In this document: in pieces, positions 48,768 through 57,289 of the stretch
How the letters are laid out: every line of letters starts with the position of its first letter
How positions within the stretch are numbered: position 1 is the first letter of the stretch
Assembly (NCBI RefSeq): GCF_004765795.1
Contig: NZ_SBIV01000001.1
Coordinates: forward strand, 496,001-560,000
Origin: Halorussus marinus
GTDB lineage: Archaea > Halobacteriota > Halobacteria > Halobacteriales > Haladaptataceae
Reading direction: 5' to 3'
DNA length: 64,000 nucleotides
The notes under the pieces: model-generated
Databases searched by the model: none
Seen by the model: the letters and a program-made list of their open reading frames with translations, nothing else
What the model was told of the DNA's origin: nothing
Program-made: the position numbers and the translations under genes

Positions 48768-49910
48768 ATGGACTTCAGCCTCTCGACCGAGCAAAAGCAG
48801 ATCCGGGACATGGTCGCGGAGTTCGCCGACGAGGAGATTAAGCCCCGCGCCGAGGAGATCGACGAGACCGACGAGTTCCCGCGCGATCTGGTCGACGAGA
48901 TGGCCGACCTCGGGCTGATGGGGATGCCGTTCCCCGAGGAGTACGGCGGCGCCGGGTTGGACTACCACTCGTACGCCATCGGGCTCGAAGAGATCTCCCG
49001 CGGGTCGGGCGGGCTGGGCACCGTCGTCGCGGCCCACACCAGCCTCGCCGGCAACATGCTCTACGCGTTCGGCGACGAGGACCAGAAGCAGACGTATCTG
49101 ACGCCGCTCAACCGCGGCGAGGACGTCGGCGCGTTCGCGCTCTCGGAGCCCGGCGCGGGGTCGGACGTGCCCGCGATGGAGACCACCGCCGACAGAGACG
49201 GCGACGAGTACGTCCTGAACGGGAACAAGCTCTGGATCTCGAACGGCTCGGTGGCCGACACCGTGGTCGTGTTCGCCAAGACCGACCCCGAGGCCGGAAA
49301 CAGGGGCATCTCGTCGTTCGTCGTCCGACCCGGAGACGACGACGGCTTCCACGTCGAGGGAACCGAGGACAAGCTCGGGGACAAGGGCTGTCCGACCGCC
49401 GAGCTCCGGTTCGACGAGCTTCGGCTCCCGGCCGACCGCCGGCTCGGCGAGGAGGGCCGCGGGTTCGTCCACGCGCTCAAGACGCTCAACGGCGGGCGGA
49501 TCACCATCGCGGCCCGCTCGATCGGGCTCGCGCGCGCCGCGCTCGAAGACTCCCTGGAGTACGCTCAGGACCGCGAGCAGTTCGACCAACCGATCTCGGA
49601 GTTCCAGACCATCCAGCACAAGCTCGCGGACATGGACACCAAGGTGCAGGCCGCAAAGATGCTGATGCACCGCGCCGCCGACAAGAAGATCCGCGGCGAG
49701 GACTTCGTCAAGGACGCCGCGCAGGCGAAGCTCTACGCCTCCGAGATCTCCCGGGAGGTCGCAAACGAGGGGATCCAGATCCACGGCGGCTACGGCTACA
49801 CCAAGGACTTCGAAGTCGAGCGCTACTACCGGGACGCCAAGCTCAACGAGATCTACGAGGGCACCAGCGAGGTCCTGCGGAACACGATCGCGAACGAACT
49901 GCTGGAGTGA
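48768..49910 (+). CDS. Acyl-CoA dehydrogenase
   Basis: [23 protein letters not shown] and IYEGTSE. Confidence 0.94.
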   Translation: MDFSLSTEQKQIRDMVAEFADEEIKPRAEEIDETDEFPRDLVDEMADLGLMGMPFPEEYGGAGLDYHSYAIGLEEISRGSGGLGTVVAAHTSLAGNMLYAFGDEDQKQTYLTPLNRGEDVGAFALSEPGAGSDVPAMETTADRDGDEYVLNGNKLWISNGSVADTVVVFAKTDPEAGNRGISSFVVRPGDDDGFHVEGTEDKLGDKGCPTAELRFDELRLPADRRLGEEGRGFVHALKTLNGGRITIAARSIGLARAALEDSLEYAQDREQFDQPISEFQTIQHKLADMDTKVQAAKMLMHRAADKKIRGEDFVKDAAQAKLYASEISREVANEGIQIHGGYGYTKDFEVERYYRDAKLNEIYEGTSEVLRNTIANELLE

Positions 49911-50030
49911 CGGCCGGCCACATCGCGGCCTGGCGGACATGAAAAGGGCGAACGCAGGTCGCCGGTGTCGACCTGCGTGAGGGCTTTCCGGAACGCGATC
50001 GCGAACGAACTGCTGGAGTGACGGCCGGCC
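49878..50030. repeat. 42-bp direct repeat duplicating the acyl-CoA dehydrogenase 3' end, with an internal hairpin
   Basis: Copies at 49878-49919 and 49989-50030 differ at one position. Confidence 0.9.
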
Positions 50031-50033
50031 GAG

Positions 50034-50312
50034 TTACCCGTCGAGGCGCTCGCCCAACCACTCGTAGTGGTCTTCCACCGCGCGCTCGCCGGCTTCGGTC
50101 AGCGCGTAGGCGTCGTGGATGCCGTCGGTCCGTTTCTCGACGAACCCCCCGTCGATCAGCGAGTCCATCGCGCCGTAGAACGATTTGGACTCGATGCGCT
50201 CGTCGTAGTGGGCTTCGAGTGCGGTCTTGAGCCGCTGGCCGTGGAGCTGGTCGGCCTCGTACAGTAGAGCACAGAGGTCCCGGCGGCGCCCGCTCTGGAG
50301 CCACTTGGTCAT
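50034..50312 (-). CDS. PadR-like wHTH transcriptional regulator
   Basis: FYGAMDSLIDGGFVEK and YALTEAG. Confidence 0.8.
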   Translation of the reverse strand: MTKWLQSGRRRDLCALLYEADQLHGQRLKTALEAHYDERIESKSFYGAMDSLIDGGFVEKRTDGIHDAYALTEAGERAVEDHYEWLGERLDG

Positions 50313-50401
50313 GGTCGACTCCTCGGACCGAGCGACCACGACGGTTTCGCTTCGCGGTCAAAACCGGTAGCTTCGACTGTGGGGGCTCCTAACGTTCGGC
50401 C

Positions 50402-50677
50402 ATGACCGACACCGAAGCGACCGCCGCGGGCGTCACCGCCGAGTACTACGAGACCGACGACGAGCGCGTGCTGGCGTTCTCCGGCGAGCGCGCGAGCGCC
50501 ACAATCGCCCAGAACGTCGAGGGCTACGCCATGCTCAAGGTCCGGCCCAGCCCGGACGGCGACGAGCTCGAACGCTACTACGGCTTCGATATGGCGCTGG
50601 ACCACGCCGCCGAGCTCCTCGGGGTCCCGCCCCACGACCTCCCGGTTCCGGACGCGGCCGCCGACATGGGGATGTAG
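50402..50677 (+). CDS. Small conserved haloarchaeal hypothetical protein
   Basis: IAQNVEGYAMLKVR..ELERYYGFDMALDHAAELLGV. Confidence 0.8.
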   Translation: MTDTEATAAGVTAEYYETDDERVLAFSGERASATIAQNVEGYAMLKVRPSPDGDELERYYGFDMALDHAAELLGVPPHDLPVPDAAADMGM

Positions 50678-50716
50678 GACACAACATCTATCCGCGGGGC
50701 GGCCCCACACTGGAGC

Positions 50717-50926
50717 ATGACAGAGTACACGACCGTCTCGATCCCGAAGGATCTGGCCGACCGCGTCGACGAGACGATCGAGGGCACCAGCTTCTCGAGC
50801 ACCAGCGATCTCGTCCGATTTCTGCTCCGGTCGATCGTCATCCAGCACCAGAAACAGGGCAAGCTCACCGAGGCCCAGTTCGAGGAAATCACGGGACAGC
50901 TCCGGGATCTTGGGTATCTGGAGTAG
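50717..50926 (+). CDS. CopG/ribbon-helix-helix regulator
   Basis: YTTVSIPKDL..FSSTSDLVRFLLR. Confidence 0.85.
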   Translation: MTEYTTVSIPKDLADRVDETIEGTSFSSTSDLVRFLLRSIVIQHQKQGKLTEAQFEEITGQLRDLGYLE

Positions 50927-51340
50927 TCAGGCCAGCGACTCGGTCGGGGGCTCGACGTCGACGATTTCCAGCGGCTGGCGCCGGCCCGACCGATCGAACG
51001 CCGCCAGCGACGACTCGTCCCACGGCGGCACCGCGACCAGCACCGTCTCGTGGAGGTCGTCGGTCTTCGACACGCCGAGATGGCCGTTTCGGTGGGTCAG
51101 AAATCGCCCCTGCGTCTGGCCCGCCGGGATCGAGAGATCGACCCCGAACACGGCGGTGAGCGACCCGCCGGCCTCGGGCGGGTAGAAGTGCGTGAACACC
51201 GCCGCCTCGGCCGGCACGTCGGTCGCGCCGTCGAGATCGTCGCCGGGCGTGACCGCCAGCGCCACCGTCAGCTCGTCGGGTTCGGTCTCCTCGGCGAGTT
51301 CGAGCAACGCCGTCACCAGACCCCGCGTCGCGTACACCAC
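50927..51340 (-). CDS. MPN/JAB-like protein with degenerate JAMM motif
   Basis: EPDE and GRFLTHRNGHLGVSKTD compared with the JAMM pattern HxH-x7-SxxD. Confidence 0.6.
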   Translation of the reverse strand: MVYATRGLVTALLELAEETEPDELTVALAVTPGDDLDGATDVPAEAAVFTHFYPPEAGGSLTAVFGVDLSIPAGQTQGRFLTHRNGHLGVSKTDDLHETVLVAVPPWDESSLAAFDRSGRRQPLEIVDVEPPTESLA

Positions 51341-51445
51341 GCCCGCAGTTAGGTCTTCTCGGGTATAGTTTCGTCGTCCGACGAGAAAGCGGACGCGTCG
51401 GCGCTCGGACCATGATAAATGATTTCACGCACCATGTCGTTACTA

Positions 51446-51509
51446 TGACTTATGTCAGACATTGAAATGTTGAGAAAAGTATAGAATATTTTATATTACA
51501 ATAGCTATT
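51446..51509. promoter_or_regulatory. AT-rich promoter region with three palindromes upstream of the peptide gene
   Basis: TGACTTATGTCA (51446-57), ACATTGAAATGT (51459-70), TATA-like TTTTATAT (51489-96) and AATAGCTATT (51500-09). Confidence 0.6.
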
Positions 51510-51520
51510 ACGTGTAGGTG

Positions 51521-51655
51521 ATGGCAGAAAAAGACCTGACCGCGTACCTCGCAGAGAATCCCCGAATGATGGGCGTCCTGTTCACGACGATGCTGCTGCT
51601 CAGCCAGGCCGGGAGTGCGATGGCCGCGTTCGCACCGGGTTCCGCTGGGCCGTAA
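51521..51655 (+). CDS. 44-aa putative secreted peptide precursor (DUF7503-like), not in the ORF track
   Basis: MAEKDLTAYLAENPRMMGVLFTTMLLLSQAGSAMAAFAPGSAGP. AGGTG just upstream, a TATA box, a hydrophobic core and an A-x-A site. Confidence 0.8.
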   Translation: MAEKDLTAYLAENPRMMGVLFTTMLLLSQAGSAMAAFAPGSAGP

Positions 51656-51657
51656 AA

Positions 51658-53721
51658 TTAGAGTTGTTCTAAGTCCACGTCGTTACTCCACGAAAATTTG
51701 CCGTCGATTTTGGCGGGGAGATTCTCCATGAAGAATATTTGCTGAAGCTCCTCTGCAGACATCCTAAACGTATCTAAGGTTCCCGAAGCAAGATACGACT
51801 GGCAGTTGTCTTCGATTTGAGGCGTGACGAACGAGCCCATTCCGATACTATTCGATGGGTAGCTCCGTGGCGTTAGTTCGAACCCGTCGCCATTCGTCTC
51901 TATCTCGAAGAGCAATGCAACCTTACTCTTCGTTTGAGAGACTTCCACGTTCCCGTCGCCGACGACGATGTAGCTGTCGCCGACGAGGCTCCGTCCCTTC
52001 GCGATCGAGAGCGCCGCCCGGAGCGGGAAGCCGCGATTTAGCAGTCGGATCATCGTCTTGCCGACTCGGACCGCGCCGCTGTTGATCACGTCGTCGAGGG
52101 TGACGACGCCGCCGACGCTCCCGGCCTCGACGAGCGCCATCCCCTGCTCGTAGGACTGGCACGCGTTCAACACGAACGCCTCGACGCCGACCGACTCGAG
52201 CGTGGTGGCGTCGAGGTGGCCGTCGGCACACTCGAAGCCCTCCTCGTCGATGTGGCCGATGTAGTGGAGGAACGCGGCGTCGTCGGCGAGGACCCCGCGG
52301 AGTTCGCGCGCGGTCAGGTCCCGCCGGACCGTCACGTCGAACGGAAGCTCCTCGCGGGAGCCGTACACCTCGGCCGCGAGGTCGCGCTCCTCGCCCATCG
52401 CGGTGTCGTTGCAGACCACCACGATGTCGATGTCGCCGTCGGGTTCGTCGTGGTCGAGGCGGTTCCGGAACGCGGTCGGGGTCGCCTTGCTCGCGTCGAT
52501 CGGCGCGCTGTCGCCGAGCCACGCCTGTTCGATCGAGTCGGTCGGCTCGGGTTCGACGACCGGAAGTTTACCCGACGAGTCGGCCGTGCTTCGGGTGAAA
52601 TCGCCGTCGCGGGCGAACTCGCCGACCGGGAGGGACGACGACTGGGCGGTCACTTCCCGGGTTCGCGGCGTCCGGACGACCGCGAGGTCGTCGGCGAGGA
52701 ACGGAAGCGCCGCGACGTGTTCCGGGGTGGGTTCGACGTGGGCGGTCAGCTTCCACGTCGGCACGAACTCCTCGACGACCTCGTAGGGAACCGAGAGGTG
52801 GGCTTGGAGTCGCTCGGCGAGCGACCGGTCGTAGAGGTCCGCGAAGTCGAGGTCGACCAGCGGCTCGACGCCCTGTCGCTCGTGGAGGTCGACCGGGTAG
52901 TAGCCCTCGGTCCGGGTCACGCAGTCGAGGAGGAACGTCTGCTTGAGCACGCGCTTGACCTCGCCCTCGAACCCCCGCCGGCCGTCGAGGCTGTGCTCGA
53001 AGCCCTCGTCGGTGACGATTCTGGGGGCGTTGGCGGCGACCAGGTCCGCGCCGAGATACAGCGCGAGCGGCGCGGCGACGTACGCGTACCGGCGCTCGGG
53101 CGGAAGCTCGATCCGGACGCCGGTGTCGGGCACGTCGAGGTCGTCGGGCACCCGGAGGTCGTCGCCGCGCTCGACGAGCGGCGGGTGGCCTCGAAGCGTG
53201 GGGAAGCTCCGCTCGGGCGAGGTGGTTTTGAGCGCGGTCCCGAGCGTCGAGACGGCCGCGAGCACGTCTTCGGGGTCGTCGGTGGTCGTCACGGTCCCCG
53301 GCGGGCGCTCGTGGTGCGAGCGCGCGCCGATGCGGACCTCGGTCCCGGGCGCGAACTCGAACCGGATGCGCTCGGGCGTCGCGAGCACCTCTACGGGGCC
53401 CTCGACGCCGAGGTAGAGCTTCATCGGTGCGCACAGCTCGATGCCGTACTCGCCGTCTGGGAGCCGGGCGCTGGTGTCGTTCGACACTTCCAGCCGCATC
53501 GCGCCGTCGGCGTCTCGGACGAACGCGCCGACGAACGTCGGGAGGACGACGGTGTCGGTCGTGACCGACACCGCGGCGTCGACGGGGAACCCGAGCGAGT
53601 CGGGATCGATCGGGTCGGGGTCGACCCCGCCGGACGTCGAGAGGGTGTACGTTCGGCGCTCGACGTGGTCGCGGATCACCACGCCGTCTCGGTCCGACGG
53701 CGAGTCGAACGAGGGGGTCAC
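51658..53721 (-). CDS. Large protein with CHAT/caspase-like (clan CD) protease domain
   Basis: FLHYIGH (His) and FVLNACQS (Cys) dyad, with N-terminal SPERSFPTLRGHPP. GTG start assumed at 53721. Confidence 0.8.
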   Translation of the reverse strand: MTPSFDSPSDRDGVVIRDHVERRTYTLSTSGGVDPDPIDPDSLGFPVDAAVSVTTDTVVLPTFVGAFVRDADGAMRLEVSNDTSARLPDGEYGIELCAPMKLYLGVEGPVEVLATPERIRFEFAPGTEVRIGARSHHERPPGTVTTTDDPEDVLAAVSTLGTALKTTSPERSFPTLRGHPPLVERGDDLRVPDDLDVPDTGVRIELPPERRYAYVAAPLALYLGADLVAANAPRIVTDEGFEHSLDGRRGFEGEVKRVLKQTFLLDCVTRTEGYYPVDLHERQGVEPLVDLDFADLYDRSLAERLQAHLSVPYEVVEEFVPTWKLTAHVEPTPEHVAALPFLADDLAVVRTPRTREVTAQSSSLPVGEFARDGDFTRSTADSSGKLPVVEPEPTDSIEQAWLGDSAPIDASKATPTAFRNRLDHDEPDGDIDIVVVCNDTAMGEERDLAAEVYGSREELPFDVTVRRDLTARELRGVLADDAAFLHYIGHIDEEGFECADGHLDATTLESVGVEAFVLNACQSYEQGMALVEAGSVGGVVTLDDVINSGAVRVGKTMIRLLNRGFPLRAALSIAKGRSLVGDSYIVVGDGNVEVSQTKSKVALLFEIETNGDGFELTPRSYPSNSIGMGSFVTPQIEDNCQSYLASGTLDTFRMSAEELQQIFFMENLPAKIDGKFSWSNDVDLEQL

Positions 53722-53842
53722 GCTCGACCACCCGCTGGGGCCCCGACGGTCGAGGCTCGGACGAGACACATATATTGCCCCAAACACGCAGAGGGAATAA
53801 AAAATTATCGGCTACCGTCCGAAGCCGGGTGGAAACGTTCGG

Positions 53843-54538
53843 TCAGCCTCGGAGCAACATCCGGAGGCTCTGGGCGTAGAGCTTCGGCATGCGCCGCCGG
53901 GAGCCGTCGAGCGCGTCCGCGAGCGCACGGTCGCCGCCCGAGAGCACACCCGACCCGTGCCCGACGAGCACTCGCTCGGGCCGGAGCCCGCGAAGGGCCG
54001 ACGGCGGGATCGCTCGCAGCATCGGGTGGACGCCGAGTCGCTCGCGACCGGTGGTGAAGTACGGCGCGTTGCCGACCGCCTCGGGAACCACGAGGGTCCC
54101 CCCGGTCTCGTCGTAGAGGGCGGCCTCCTCCCAGCCGAACCGGTCGAACACCTCGAACAGCCGGTAGTCGGTCCCGGGAACTCGTCCGTCGAGTCGCCGG
54201 AGTTCGGCGTCCATCGCGGGCACCGTGTCGAACCACGACGGCACGTAGACCGGGACGTCGTGGCGACGCGCGATCTCGTCGGCGTCGCGGTAGTGGCGGT
54301 TCAGCAAGACGACGACCCCCGCGACGTCGCCCAGCTCCGCGAACAGGTCGTCGATCTCCGGGGCGTCGACCGGGTCGATGAGCCACACCGCCGACTCCTC
54401 GTCGTCGTCCCCGCCGGTCGCGAGCGCGTGGCTCGCCCGGCGCATCGTCTCGTCGGGGTAGGCGATCCAGCCCACGCCGTCGTCCCACCGATCGATCTCC
54501 TCGTAGTCGGTCGCCGGTCCGCTCCGTTTGAGTGCCAT
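53843..54538 (-). CDS. Degenerate metallo-beta-lactamase-fold hypothetical protein
   Basis: WLIDPV, LLNRHYRD and VLVGHG. Confidence 0.7.
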   Translation of the reverse strand: MALKRSGPATDYEEIDRWDDGVGWIAYPDETMRRASHALATGGDDDEESAVWLIDPVDAPEIDDLFAELGDVAGVVVLLNRHYRDADEIARRHDVPVYVPSWFDTVPAMDAELRRLDGRVPGTDYRLFEVFDRFGWEEAALYDETGGTLVVPEAVGNAPYFTTGRERLGVHPMLRAIPPSALRGLRPERVLVGHGSGVLSGGDRALADALDGSRRRMPKLYAQSLRMLLRG

Positions 54539-54607
54539 ACCCGTCTTTGGGACCCGACTCACAAAACAGTCCGGTCGTTTAAGCGCGCGCCGTGCGTACT
54601 GTCACCG

Positions 54608-55285
54608 ATGCTCTCGGCACTCAGTTGGCTGGCGCTCGAAGCGAAGTACCTCGACCGCGCCCGCGAGTTCTACGAGACTCATCTCGACCTCGCGGCCGTC
54701 GACGACCGCGACGGCGCGGTTGCGTTCGACGTCGGGGACGCGACTCTCGTCCTTCGAGAGCCCGGCGACGTGCCCCGCGGCGGGGTCCACACCCACTACG
54801 CGCTCGCGACCCCGCCGGACCGCTACGACGCGTGGTACGACCGCCTCGCGGCGTCGTTCGATCTCACCGAGTTCGACTTCGGCGGAACCCGATCGCTGTA
54901 CTTCTACGACCCCGACGGCAACTGCGTCGAGATCGGGAGCTGTGGCCGGGGTGGCGCCCCCATCTCGGACGTGTTCGAGATTGCGCTCGAAGTCGAAGAT
55001 CTCTCGCGGGCCGAGTCGTTCTACCGCGCGCTCGGCTTCGAGGTGACCGACCGGGGCGACGAACGCCGGCGGGTCCGACTCGGCGGCCCGGTCGCGCTCG
55101 AACTCTGGGAGCCCCAACTCGGCATCGCGGACGCTCGCGGGGGCGTCCACGTCGACGTCGGCTTCGCGGCCGACGACCCGGAGGCGGTCGTCGATGCCGT
55201 CGCCGACCGGGCCTGCGAGATCGAGACGGGCGACGAGTGGGCCCGCGTGCGCGATCCGGACGGCCACTTCCTCACCGTTCAGTAG
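54608..55285 (+). CDS. VOC/glyoxalase family protein, two domains
   Basis: YFYDPDGNCVE and RDPDGH. Confidence 0.88.
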   Translation: MLSALSWLALEAKYLDRAREFYETHLDLAAVDDRDGAVAFDVGDATLVLREPGDVPRGGVHTHYALATPPDRYDAWYDRLAASFDLTEFDFGGTRSLYFYDPDGNCVEIGSCGRGGAPISDVFEIALEVEDLSRAESFYRALGFEVTDRGDERRRVRLGGPVALELWEPQLGIADARGGVHVDVGFAADDPEAVVDAVADRACEIETGDEWARVRDPDGHFLTVQ

Positions 55286-55971
55286 CCGTCGGCGCGAAAC
55301 GCCCGGAGCGTGTCGCGTTTCGTCTCGGTGGTCGTGACCTCCTCGAAGCCCCGCTCGCCGAACACTCGCTCCCAGTCGCGGTAGTACAGCGGGAACTCGT
55401 CGTGGACGTAGTTCACGTCCTCGACGGCCGCGCCGTCGACCGCCGCGACTTCGGTGTCGTCGGCCCCGCCGGACTCGGCGTCGGTCGAGGCGCGCCCGTC
55501 GTCGGTCGGGTCGTCGGCGCGCTCGCTTTCGACGGTGACGAGCAGTCCGTCGGTGATCCGGGCGATCTCGTCGAACACCCACTCGTCGTCGGGGTGGATG
55601 TGCTGGAGGGTCTCGACCGAGTAGACCGCGTCGAACTGCCCCGTCTCGAACTCGGGCACCACCGCCTCGATCGCGTCGGCGTAGAAGGTCCCCTCCTCGG
55701 CGAGTCGGGGGTAGGCGTCGGCCATCACGTCGAACGCCTCGTCGTTGATCTCGACGCCGTGGAGGTTCTCGTAGCCGTGTTCGAGGAGGTGAGCGAGGTG
55801 GCGGCCCGAGCTACACCCCAGTTCGAGGACGGCGGCGTCGGGGTCGAGGGCGGCGTCGAGTCGGGCGCGGATGAGTTCGCTCGTCTCGTTCGGCCCGTAG
55901 TAGGCGTAGTACTCGGGTGAGTACGCGCCCGACCGCTCTGCCCACTGGCGGCGAACCTCGTCAGAATCCAT
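55279..55971 (-). CDS. Class I SAM-dependent methyltransferase, paralogue of 7365-7982
   Basis: SPEYYA..GPNE, LELGCSSGRH and YSVETLQH. Confidence 0.88.
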   Translation of the reverse strand: MDSDEVRRQWAERSGAYSPEYYAYYGPNETSELIRARLDAALDPDAAVLELGCSSGRHLAHLLEHGYENLHGVEINDEAFDVMADAYPRLAEEGTFYADAIEAVVPEFETGQFDAVYSVETLQHIHPDDEWVFDEIARITDGLLVTVESERADDPTDDGRASTDAESGGADDTEVAAVDGAAVEDVNYVHDEFPLYYRDWERVFGERGFEEVTTTETKRDTLRAFRADGY

Positions 55972-56072
55972 CCTCGACGAGTCGGCGCCGGAGCGTAAAA
56001 CGTCGTCGGTCGGCCGACTCGGCCCGATGCGAGGAGTTATGACCGCGAGGGCCCGAACGTGGAACCGTCCCG

Positions 56073-56903
56073 ATGAAGCAGTACCCGTCGATTCCCGGCG
56101 TCGAGGACGCGCCCGACCGACTGTTCGACCGGGGCCACCTCTGGCTCCAGGAGCTGATCGACGGCGCTCACCTCCGATTTCGGCTCCGGGAGTCGGGCGA
56201 GATCGCATTCGGCAGTCGCGACCGCACATACGATTCGGACGCGATCCCGTTGGCGGTCCGCCACGCCGTCCGGCACGTCCGCGAGCGACTCGACCGGGAG
56301 TCGCTCCGCGGGGCGCTCGAAAGCGCCGGCGACGCCGTCTTCTTCGGGGTGGCGACGACGTACCGCGCCGTGGCCTACGACTGGGAGCGCACCCCGCCGT
56401 TCCTCGGCGTCGACGTGTGGTCGGCGGCCGACGACCGGTTCCTCTCGCCGGACGCCGTCGAGCGGATCTACGACCGGCTCGGACTCGCGGCGGTGAACGC
56501 GTTCGAAAAGGAGCTTAGGGCCGCCGACTTCGACCCCTCGACCTACGAGATCCCGGACTCGGACTGGTACGACGGGCCCGCCGCCGGCGTCGTCGTCCGG
56601 AACAAGACCGGCGACCGCGCCGCGCTCGTCGACCCCGACGTTCGGGAACTGACGGAGCCGACGCCCGTCGAGGCGCCGGTCGCGGAGCTGGTCCGCCGGC
56701 ACGCGACCGACGCCCGGTTCGAGCGGCTCGCCCGGGAGCTGGCCGACCGCGGGATCGCGATCACTTTCGACGCGATGTACGAGCGGACGATCGAGACGAT
56801 CGCGCGCGAGACCCGGCTGTTCGACGGGGACGCCGGGGTCGATCCGAGCGCGTTCCGGTCGGAGACCGCCCCGCTACTCAAGCGGTTCCTGTCCGAGCGG
56901 TGA
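56073..56903 (+). CDS. RNA ligase (Rnl2-like) homologue with degenerate catalytic motifs
   Basis: YPSI, QELIDGAH, FFGVA, FLGVDVW and AAGVVVRNK. Confidence 0.7.
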   Translation: MKQYPSIPGVEDAPDRLFDRGHLWLQELIDGAHLRFRLRESGEIAFGSRDRTYDSDAIPLAVRHAVRHVRERLDRESLRGALESAGDAVFFGVATTYRAVAYDWERTPPFLGVDVWSAADDRFLSPDAVERIYDRLGLAAVNAFEKELRAADFDPSTYEIPDSDWYDGPAAGVVVRNKTGDRAALVDPDVRELTEPTPVEAPVAELVRRHATDARFERLARELADRGIAITFDAMYERTIETIARETRLFDGDAGVDPSAFRSETAPLLKRFLSER

Positions 56904-56921
56904 TCGGGCTCGTCCGACGGC

Positions 56922-57224
56922 TCACAGCCGGTCGGAGTCGATGGTCACGTCTCCGGGGGTCACGAGCAGGAACTCCCGGAAGTGGACGAGGTTCCCGCCC
57001 CGGCCTTTGACCTTCTCGGCGAGGTCGGCCGCCAGCTCCGAGAGCTCGCCCTCGACGGCCAGCACGACCACGTCGCCGCGCTCGACGGCCCGGAACCACT
57101 CGTCGTCGTCGGTCGTCCCGTCGAGGACGCCCAGTACGATCCGGCGGTCGCCCTCGGCGTCGGCGTCGTCGCGCTCCAGTTCCTGCTCGACCGCGTTCAG
57201 GTCGAGGTCGAAACCACTGGTCAT
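56922..57224 (-). CDS. Small acidic protein, SepF-like (DUF5779-like)
   Basis: GDVVVLAV..GGNLVHF..LLVTPGDVTID. Confidence 0.7.
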   Translation of the reverse strand: MTSGFDLDLNAVEQELERDDADAEGDRRIVLGVLDGTTDDDEWFRAVERGDVVVLAVEGELSELAADLAEKVKGRGGNLVHFREFLLVTPGDVTIDSDRL

Positions 57225-57289
57225 ATCCGCCGACTCTCACCCCCTCGGGAAAAACCCTTCTCCACCCGTCCGGCCAACCGCGTTCGCCG

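Noticed and set aside
49878..50030. The 42-bp repeat pair as a mini-CRISPR
   Set aside because: Only two copies, a 69-bp spacer, and the first copy is coding sequence.
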